From contig JACREG010000040.1 of assembly GCA_016218375.1 (NCBI GenBank), positions 1 to 51,854 on the forward strand: DNA of 51,854 nt. Reading direction: 5' to 3'. Under the pieces are notes generated by a model. The model was given only the letters and a program-made list of their open reading frames with translations, searched no databases and was not told where the DNA came from. Of this stretch, positions 45,226 through 51,854 are shown one piece after another (position 1 is the stretch's first letter; every line of letters begins with the position of its first letter). Position numbers and translations under genes: made by a program. Source of the DNA: Gammaproteobacteria bacterium. GTDB taxonomy: Bacteria; Pseudomonadota; Gammaproteobacteria; Thiohalobacterales; Thiohalobacteraceae.

Positions 45226-45239
45226 GTCGGAATTTTGAC
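45226..45239. promoter_or_regulatory. FleQ-box-like palindrome 2
   Basis: GTCGGAATTTTGAC, 135 nt upstream of the fleQ ATG. Confidence 0.3.
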
Positions 45240-45373
45240 ATTTCCTGCGTTCGGTGGTTAACTTTGGAACACTCAATAAAAATCCGGGTAGAACTGGCTT
45301 GCCGCGGTAGTTTGTATATAAGCCAATGCCAGACGATTACTCGGTTGACCAGCGGTCATTGGAGGGAAAACGC

Positions 45374-46804
45374 ATGTCTATTGAAGGCAAAGTGCTGATT
45401 ATCGAGGCGGATGCAGGCCGCGGTAACGAGCTCAGCGCAGTCCTCAAATTCATCGATCGTGAGCCGGTGTTGATCGAAGATTGCAATCATTGGAAGGAAG
45501 CGATCGACGACCCCAGCGAATTTATTTCCATCCTGATCGGGCAGTGCAAATCCGACAAGGCGTTGGAAAAACTCCTCAAAGAAATTCACGAGTTCGACCA
45601 ATATCTGCCGATCTTCCTATTGGCGCAGAAGGGTAAGGAACCGACCGTGCAAATCGATGCAAGCTCCTGCATCCTGGGGCGCATCGAACTTCCCTCGCGG
45701 TACAGTCAGGTAACCAACGCGTTGCATCAGGCAGAGGTTTATCGCGAAGCGCATCAGGAATCCGGGCGTCAACGACCGGTCGATCTGTTCCGCAGTCTGG
45801 TTGGCAGCAGTCGCGCCATTCAGCAAGTACGCAAATATATCCAGCAAGTCGCCGACTCGGATGCCAATGTTCTGATTCTGGGTGAGTCGGGCACGGGCAA
45901 GGAAGTCGTCGCACGCAACCTGCACTACAATTCCTCGCGTCGCGACAAAGCCTTTGTGCCGATCAACTGTGGCGCGATTCCCGGCGATCTGCTCGAGTCC
46001 GAACTGTTCGGTCATGAGAAAGGCGCGTTTACCGGTGCAATCAGTGCGCGCCAGGGCCGCTTCGAAATGGCCGAGGGCGGTACGCTGTTCCTCGATGAAA
46101 TCGGCGATATGAGCCTGTCCATGCAGGTCAAATTGCTGCGTGTGCTGCAAGAACGTACCTTCGAGCGCGTGGGCAGCAATAAAAGCATTGAGGCCAATGT
46201 TCGTGTGGTCGCCGCGACTCACCGGAATCTGGAAGAGAACATCAAGGAAGGCAAATTCCGTGAAGATCTCTTCTATCGGTTGAACGTTTTCCCGATCGAA
46301 ATGCCGCCGCTACGCGAACGCGCCGAAGACATTCCCATGCTGGTAAATGAATTGATCCGTCGTATCGAGCACGAGAAGCGCGGCTCGGTGCGCCTGACAT
46401 CGGCGTCGGTGATGGCGTTATGTCACTACCCGTGGCCGGGCAATGTCCGTGAGCTGGCGAATCTGATTGAACGCATGGCTATCCTGCATCCCTTCGGTGT
46501 CGTCGATATCGGCGATCTGCCCGCGAAATTCCAGTTGGACGATAGCGTGCCGGTGGCCAAGTTGAGCGAAGAGCTGGTCGTGAATCCGCAGCCGTTGGAA
46601 TTCGACGAGCCGCGGCTCCCGCGTGGTGGAATCGATCTCAAGGAACATCTCAGTCATTTGGAGCTGACCTTCATCAAGCAGGCGCTGGACGATGCGGGCG
46701 GTGTGGTTGCGCATGCGGCCAAGCGCTTGGGCATGCGCCGCACGACCCTGGTCGAGAAACTGCGCAAGTACGGATTGCAGCGCGGAGATATGGCGGGACT
46801 TTGA
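45374..46804 (+). CDS. fleQ: Sigma54-dependent flagellar master regulator FleQ
   Basis: GGAGGG SD before the ATG at 45374. Receiver-like N-terminus without an obvious phospho-acceptor context. AAA+ core GESGTGKE, ESELFGHEKGAFTGA. C-terminal HTH. Confidence 0.85.
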   Translation: MSIEGKVLIIEADAGRGNELSAVLKFIDREPVLIEDCNHWKEAIDDPSEFISILIGQCKSDKALEKLLKEIHEFDQYLPIFLLAQKGKEPTVQIDASSCILGRIELPSRYSQVTNALHQAEVYREAHQESGRQRPVDLFRSLVGSSRAIQQVRKYIQQVADSDANVLILGESGTGKEVVARNLHYNSSRRDKAFVPINCGAIPGDLLESELFGHEKGAFTGAISARQGRFEMAEGGTLFLDEIGDMSLSMQVKLLRVLQERTFERVGSNKSIEANVRVVAATHRNLEENIKEGKFREDLFYRLNVFPIEMPPLRERAEDIPMLVNELIRRIEHEKRGSVRLTSASVMALCHYPWPGNVRELANLIERMAILHPFGVVDIGDLPAKFQLDDSVPVAKLSEELVVNPQPLEFDEPRLPRGGIDLKEHLSHLELTFIKQALDDAGGVVAHAAKRLGMRRTTLVEKLRKYGLQRGDMAGL

Positions 46805-46867
46805 CGTTGCCCCGAAATAGCGCTCCAACGCATTGAATCCACTTTGAATAAAGCGGTGTAGTTTTCT

Positions 46868-46896
46868 GAATCCCGGGGCAACCCGGGATTTTTTTG
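46868..46896 (+). terminator. Rho-independent terminator after fleQ
   Basis: gaatcccggg-gcaa-cccgggatt followed by a T7 run. Confidence 0.8.
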
Positions 46897-47016
46897 TCTC
46901 CAATCAGGCCTGTTCACTGTGTTTGCCCGGGCATGCCAGCACTATACGCGTCGTCAAATTGACGACACGCAAGAAGATGCCTCGTAACTCACTGATCTGA
47001 ATGTGTCTCGTGCCTT

Positions 47017-47032
47017 GGGCACGCTTGTTGCT
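47017..47032 (+). promoter_or_regulatory. Sigma54 promoter for fleSR
   Basis: GGGCAC-GCTTG-TTGCT, 55 nt upstream of the fleS ATG. Confidence 0.6.
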
Positions 47033-47086
47033 TTTCATCCCGGCACGCACCCGACGAGGGGTGTGGAACTGGGAGACGCAATTCAC

Positions 47087-48322
47087 ATGACGCCCAATCA
47101 CCACCGCAGCCAAGCACTGGCCGACGCCTTCGAGGCGTTCAACCAGCGATCGCTGCAACTCGAGCAATCCTATCGGGAGCTCGAGCAGCGCGTCATGCAA
47201 TTGAATACCGAGCTGGCAGCCGCCCGTTCCGAGCGCTTACAGCAACTGGCCGAAAAGGAATGCTTGGCCGACCGACTCCAGACTTTGATCGAAACGCTTC
47301 CCGCCGGCGTACTGGTGTTGGATGCCGCCGAGTATGTGCGCGAATGCAATCGTGTCGCGCTCGAACAATTGGGTAAGCCGTTGGTGGGCGAACACTGGTC
47401 GACCATCGGCGCGCGGGCCTTCTGTGTACAGGACAGCTTCGGTGCCGAGATTGCGTTGCACGATGGCCGTCGCCTGAATATTGCCAGTCGCAAGTTCGAC
47501 AGCGCGCCGGGACGGATTCTGGTGTTGCAGGACGTGACCGAAACGCACGCACTTCAGGAACGTCTCAACCGCCAGCAACGCCTGAGTGCCATGGGCGAAA
47601 TGGCCGCAAGTCTGGCGCATCAGATTCGCACGCCGCTGTCCGCGGCAGTTTTATACAGCTCGCACCTCGGCAAGGAACAGCTCCACGCAGGCGACCGCGC
47701 CCGCTTCGCGGCGCGCTTGTCCGAACGCCTGGGACATCTGGAACGGCTGATCAACGATATGCTCGCCTTTGCCCGTGGCGGACAGGGCGGCGATGCGCAG
47801 TTCACCGTGCAGGGATTGCTGACCGCGTTGCAGCGTGCCGTCGAGCCGCAGATGCAGGTGGCAGGCGCGCAATGGCGCGTGAGCGATGCAATCCCCGACG
47901 CGCCGCTGCTCGGCAACCAAGACGCCTTGATCGGCGCCCTGAGCAATCTGGTGAACAACAGTCTGCAAGCCAAACCGAAGGATGCTGTGTTGGAACTGCG
48001 CACAGTCGTCAATGGCAGCGGCGAAATCGAAGTACGTCTGCGCGACAACGGACCGGGCATTCCCGCCGAGGCGCGCGCGCGGATTTTCGATCCGTTTTTC
48101 ACCACCCGTCCGGGCGGTACCGGGCTCGGCCTGGCCGTGGTGCAGGCGACATTGCGCGCGCATCACGGTTCCGTGCGCTTGGAAACGCCGGCTACCGGCG
48201 GCTGCGAATTCGTCTTGTGTCTGCCCACGGCCTTGTCGGCCGCCGAGTTGCCTAGCGGCGAACGTCTGAATTACCTCACGACCGCGGCCGTTCCCCGGCC
48301 GGCGGTCTACGGCATCAATTGA
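47087..48322 (+). CDS. fleS: Cytoplasmic PAS sensor histidine kinase FleS
   Basis: No TM segment. Coiled coil plus PAS-like region. H-box MAASLAHQIRTPLS. HATPase N/G boxes (LVNNSLQA, DNGPGI, GGTGLGL). Confidence 0.8.
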   Translation: MTPNHHRSQALADAFEAFNQRSLQLEQSYRELEQRVMQLNTELAAARSERLQQLAEKECLADRLQTLIETLPAGVLVLDAAEYVRECNRVALEQLGKPLVGEHWSTIGARAFCVQDSFGAEIALHDGRRLNIASRKFDSAPGRILVLQDVTETHALQERLNRQQRLSAMGEMAASLAHQIRTPLSAAVLYSSHLGKEQLHAGDRARFAARLSERLGHLERLINDMLAFARGGQGGDAQFTVQGLLTALQRAVEPQMQVAGAQWRVSDAIPDAPLLGNQDALIGALSNLVNNSLQAKPKDAVLELRTVVNGSGEIEVRLRDNGPGIPAEARARIFDPFFTTRPGGTGLGLAVVQATLRAHHGSVRLETPATGGCEFVLCLPTALSAAELPSGERLNYLTTAAVPRPAVYGIN

Positions 48323-48332
48323 GGAGTCATCC

Positions 48333-49709
48333 ATGAATCAAGCAACCGTCCTGATCGTTGAAGACGACCCGAATCTGCGCGAAGCGCTGAGCGACACGTT
48401 GGGACTGGCGGGTTATGCGGTGACGGCGGCCAAGGACGGTCCCGCGGCGTTGGAAGTTCTGGAACGCGAAGCCGTCGGCATGGTGATCAGCGATGTGCAA
48501 ATGCCGAACATGGATGGCCATACGCTGCTCAAGCGTATCCGCAGCCGCAACCCGGAACTGCCGGTGGTGCTGATGACGGCGTATGGCACGGTGCAGAAGG
48601 CGGTCGACGCCATGCGCTGCGGCGCGGCCGATTACCTGCTCAAGCCCTTCAATGCCGATGTGTTGGTCGATATGGTCAGCCGTTATCTGCCGGAACTGCG
48701 CGCCCGCGATGCCACAGTCGTGGCCGAGGATCGGCGCACGCGCGAATTGTTGGCCCTGGCGGGTCGCGTCGCCAAGACTGATGCGACAGTGATGATTACC
48801 GGCGAATCCGGCAGCGGCAAGGAAGTGTTCGCGCATTACATCCACGAGAATTCCGCACGCAAGAACGGCCCGTTCATCGCCATCAATTGCGCGGCGATTC
48901 CGGAGAACATGTTGGAAGCGGTGCTGTTCGGTTACGAGAAGGGTGCCTTCACCGGCGCCTACCAGGCGCGCGCCGGTAAATTCGAGCAGGCCCAAGGCGG
49001 CACGCTGCTGCTGGACGAAATCTCCGAAATGGACATGGGCTTACAGGCTAAGTTATTGCGCGTACTCCAGGAGCGCGAGGTCGAACGCCTCGGTGGGCGC
49101 GACGTGGTGGCATTGGACGTGCGCGTCATCGCGACCTCCAACCGCATCATGCGCGAAGAGGTGGCCGCGGGCCGTTTCCGCGAGGATCTGTTTTACCGTC
49201 TCAATGTGTTCCCCCTGCATCTGGCGCCGTTGCGCGAGCGTCCGAGCGACATCCTGCCGATCGCCCAGCGCCTGATCGAACGCCATTGTCCGGCGAACCT
49301 GCCGGTGCCGAATTTGTGCCCGAACGCGGAGCGTGCGCTGCTGGCGCATGCCTGGCCGGGCAATGTCCGCGAACTCGAAAACGTCTTGCAGCGCGCCATC
49401 ATCCTGATGTCCGGCGATTGCATCGAGACCGCCGATCTGCATTTCGAACTGACCGGCCCGGGTGTGGGCACGACCGCGGCCGCTCCGGTGGCGATGGAAA
49501 CGCAAGCGGCCGGCGAGTGCTTGAACGAGCGTCTGAACGAGCGTTTGGGCGCCGACCTGCGCAATCGCGAACAGGAATTGATCCTAGAGGCGCTGGCGGC
49601 CGGCAACGGCAGCCGCAAGACCGCGGCCGAACGCCTAGGGATAAGCCCCCGGACCCTGCGCTACAAACTGGCGCGCATGCGCGAAGACGGTATCGCCGTC
49701 CCAGGTTGA
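48333..49709 (+). CDS. fleR: Sigma54-dependent response regulator FleR
   Basis: REC (VLIVEDD...ISDVQMPNMDG), AAA+ (GESGSGKE, GAFTGA) and a C-terminal HTH. Confidence 0.85.
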   Translation: MNQATVLIVEDDPNLREALSDTLGLAGYAVTAAKDGPAALEVLEREAVGMVISDVQMPNMDGHTLLKRIRSRNPELPVVLMTAYGTVQKAVDAMRCGAADYLLKPFNADVLVDMVSRYLPELRARDATVVAEDRRTRELLALAGRVAKTDATVMITGESGSGKEVFAHYIHENSARKNGPFIAINCAAIPENMLEAVLFGYEKGAFTGAYQARAGKFEQAQGGTLLLDEISEMDMGLQAKLLRVLQEREVERLGGRDVVALDVRVIATSNRIMREEVAAGRFREDLFYRLNVFPLHLAPLRERPSDILPIAQRLIERHCPANLPVPNLCPNAERALLAHAWPGNVRELENVLQRAIILMSGDCIETADLHFELTGPGVGTTAAAPVAMETQAAGECLNERLNERLGADLRNREQELILEALAAGNGSRKTAAERLGISPRTLRYKLARMREDGIAVPG

Positions 49710-49728
49710 GTCCGTGGCGCTGAGTCCG

Positions 49729-49744
49729 TGGCAAGGAAACTGCA
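49729..49744 (+). promoter_or_regulatory. Sigma54 promoter for fliE-fliF
   Basis: TGGCAA-GGAAA-CTGCA, 62 nt upstream of fliE. Confidence 0.55.
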
Positions 49745-49805
49745 TATTTGTAGTGATCGGGCGTAGTCGTCGAGCAGTACTGAATTAGGTAACGAGGATC
49801 AGACC

Positions 49806-50129
49806 ATGGCAGACATCGATGTGAATCAAATCATGGTGCAAATGCGGGCGATGGCCGCCGCGGCGCAGAGTTCGACCGTGGCCCAGCCGGCGGCCGCGAC
49901 GTCGGGCGCCGACTTCGCGTCCTTGCTGAAGAACTCCGTCGACCAGGTCAACGCCACTCAACAGCAGTCGACAGGGCTGGCCGAGGCCTTCGCCAAGGGC
50001 GACCCGAATACCGATCTCACCGAAGTGATGGTCGCCATGCAGAAGGCCAGCCTGTCGTTTCAGGCCATGACCACGGTGCGCAACAAACTGGTTGAGGCCT
50101 ATAAGGACGTCATGAACATGCCCATGTAA
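49806..50129 (+). CDS. fliE: Flagellar hook-basal body protein FliE
   Basis: 107 aa. FASLLKNSVDQVNATQQ...MVAMQKASLSFQAMTTVRNKLVEAYKDVMNMPM. Confidence 0.9.
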   Translation: MADIDVNQIMVQMRAMAAAAQSSTVAQPAAATSGADFASLLKNSVDQVNATQQQSTGLAEAFAKGDPNTDLTEVMVAMQKASLSFQAMTTVRNKLVEAYKDVMNMPM

Positions 50130-50179
50130 CTCCAGACGGTAATCAGCGCGAGAGTTTCCGGTAAACAGGCGTAGGGTGA

Positions 50180-51832
50180 ATGCAGATGGCGATGGCACAG
50201 ACAGCACAGGGGTTCGGCGGACTGCCGGCATTGCGGCAAATGGGCCTGATGATCGGCCTGGCGGCCAGTGTCGCGCTGGGCGTGGCGGTGGCATTGTGGT
50301 CGCAGACGCCGACCTACAGTCTGCTCTATGGCAGTCTCTCGCAGCGCGATGCCGCGGAGGTGACCGATGCCCTGCAGAAATCCAATATCCCCTTCAAGAT
50401 CGACGAGACCAGCGGCGCACTGATGGTGGCCTCCACGCAGTTGCAGAATGCGCGCATGAAGCTCGCCGCGGACGGTCTGCCCAAGGGCACCAACAACGGT
50501 TTTGAAATGCTCAGCCAGGACCAGGGCTTCGGTACCAGCCAGTTCGTCGAGGCCGCGCGTTATCAGCATGCCTTGGAAGGCGAACTGGCGCAGACCATCA
50601 GCAGTCTGCGCAATGTGGAAAGCGCACGCGTCCATCTGGCATTGCCCAAACGCTCCGTGTTTCTGCGGCAACAGGAAGAGCCCACCGCATCGGTGGTTCT
50701 GAATCTCTATTCGGGGCGCACCATGGACGATGGCGAAGTTGCGTCCATCGTGCATCTGGTGGCGTCGAGCGTGCCGCACCTTGGACCTAATCAAGTCACG
50801 GTGGTCGATCAGCAAGGCCATCTGCTGACGGCACGCGACAGTGCCGCGGAAGCCGGCATGACATCCAGCCAGTTCGCCTACAACCGCAAGGTCGAAGGCA
50901 CCTATATCGAACGCGTCGAAAACCTGCTCAGTCCCTTGGTGGGGGGCGGCAAGGTGCGCGCGCAAGTCGCCGCGGAACTGGATTTCACGGTGACCGAAAA
51001 GACCCAGGAAGTCTTCAATCCCGATCTGCCCGCGCTGCGCAGCGAGCAGACCAGCGAAGAACAGATGTCGTCCAACGTCTCCGGTATGGGTGTCCCGGGG
51101 ACGCTGTCGAATACGCCGCCAGCGGCCGGCACGACGACGCCACCGGCAGCCGCGGCCGGGGCGGCGGCAGCGACTCCCGCTGCGGGCGCGGTCGCGACCG
51201 GCGGTGAAAGCAACGGCAATTCCAGCAAGCGCAGCACCCGCAATTTCGAATTGGACAAGACCATCAGCCATACCCGTTTGGCGAGCGGCGAGATCCGCCG
51301 GCTGTCGGTGGCGGTGGTGTTGGACGACAAAGAGACCACCAACGATCAAGGCGAAACCACGCGCGCGGCCTGGAAGCCGGAGGAACTCGCCAAATTCACT
51401 ACGTTGGTGAAAGAGGCCATCGGCTTCAATGCCCAGCGCGGCGACAGCGTGCAGGTTATCAACGCGGCGTTCCAACCGGTGCCGGTGGAAGAACCGCTGC
51501 CGGAGCCGGCCATTTGGGAACAGCCCTGGATGTGGGATGTGTTGAAGCAGGTGGCCGGCGCGATTGCCGTGCTGTTGCTGATCTTCGGCGTGCTGAAGCC
51601 GACCTTGCGCAGCCTGACGGAGAAGGGCGCCGCCGTTCCCATGATGGCTGGTCCCGGCGGCGAGGCCGGCATCGGCGAGGAACAAGTGAGCATTGGTGGC
51701 ATGCGCCCGCAAGGCAGCCTGCCGGGACCGCAGCAATACGAACAACAGATCACCACCGCCAAGGGCATGATCCAGCAAGATCCCAAGCGTGTGGCGCAGG
51801 TGGTCAAGAATTGGGTGAACGAAGATGGCTGA
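50180..51832 (+). CDS. fliF: MS-ring protein FliF
   Basis: 550 aa. N-terminal TM, YSLLYGSLSQRDAAEVTDALQKSNIPFK, ARVHLALPKRSVFLRQQE. Ala/Pro/Thr-rich variable segment and a C-terminal TM. Confidence 0.9.
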   Translation: MQMAMAQTAQGFGGLPALRQMGLMIGLAASVALGVAVALWSQTPTYSLLYGSLSQRDAAEVTDALQKSNIPFKIDETSGALMVASTQLQNARMKLAADGLPKGTNNGFEMLSQDQGFGTSQFVEAARYQHALEGELAQTISSLRNVESARVHLALPKRSVFLRQQEEPTASVVLNLYSGRTMDDGEVASIVHLVASSVPHLGPNQVTVVDQQGHLLTARDSAAEAGMTSSQFAYNRKVEGTYIERVENLLSPLVGGGKVRAQVAAELDFTVTEKTQEVFNPDLPALRSEQTSEEQMSSNVSGMGVPGTLSNTPPAAGTTTPPAAAAGAAAATPAAGAVATGGESNGNSSKRSTRNFELDKTISHTRLASGEIRRLSVAVVLDDKETTNDQGETTRAAWKPEELAKFTTLVKEAIGFNAQRGDSVQVINAAFQPVPVEEPLPEPAIWEQPWMWDVLKQVAGAIAVLLLIFGVLKPTLRSLTEKGAAVPMMAGPGGEAGIGEEQVSIGGMRPQGSLPGPQQYEQQITTAKGMIQQDPKRVAQVVKNWVNEDG

Positions 51833-51854
51833 ACCGAACTCATCCGGTAAATTC
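51825..51854 (+). CDS. fliG: Start of fliG (partial, runs off the window)
   Basis: ATG overlaps the fliF stop (ATGGCTGA). Position is as in all flagellar clusters. Only 10 codons are visible. Confidence 0.5.
   Translation, partial: MAEPNSSGKF

Noticed and set aside
1-51854. CRISPR array or cas genes associated with the Tn7-like element.
   Set aside because: I found no regularly spaced short repeats or Cas-like ORFs anywhere in the window. The only repeat clusters are the short motif copies near the tRNA and the nested inverted repeats at 28.4-28.6 kb.

Overview
High-GC proteobacterial chromosome segment with three parts. All calls come from reading the translated ORFs and motifs by eye; no searches were run.

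(1) 1-7.6 kb is an accessory-looking stretch. It holds decayed toxin-antitoxin cassettes, including two diverged ~115-bp direct repeats. It also holds c-di-GMP genes: a small PilZ protein, a GGDEF-EAL gene split by one in-frame TAA, and an EAL-HDOD protein. Two unrecognisable lower-GC genes follow.

(2) 7.9-13.1 kb is a Tn7-like transposition core. It consists of an 885-aa protein that looks like a natural TnsA-TnsB fusion, a TniB/TnsC-type AAA+ ATPase and a TniQ/TnsD-type target selector. It ends about 160 bp from the 3' end of a tRNA-Ala(CGC) gene. I saw no CRISPR array and could not define the element ends.

(3) 13.4-51.9 kb is a Pseudomonas-style polar flagellar regulon: ycgR-flgN-flgM-flgA, cheV-cheR, flgBCDEFGHIJKL, a roughly 12.5-kb flagellin glycosylation island on the opposite strand, then fliC-flaG-fliD-fliS-fliT-like, fleQ-fleS-fleR and fliE-fliF-fliG'. 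The island encodes a legionaminic-acid-type pathway, two Maf/DUF115 paralogues and a B12-binding radical-SAM enzyme. Recognisable sigma54 and sigma28 promoters are present.

Most notable oddities:
- the TnsAB fusion element beside the tRNA;
- an in-frame TAG inside an otherwise intact flgF;
- a nested inverted-repeat element between flgL and the glycosylation island, whose two hairpin loops are perfectly complementary over 20 nt;
- the unassigned radical-SAM / short-Maf / 62-aa ORF block inside the sugar pathway.
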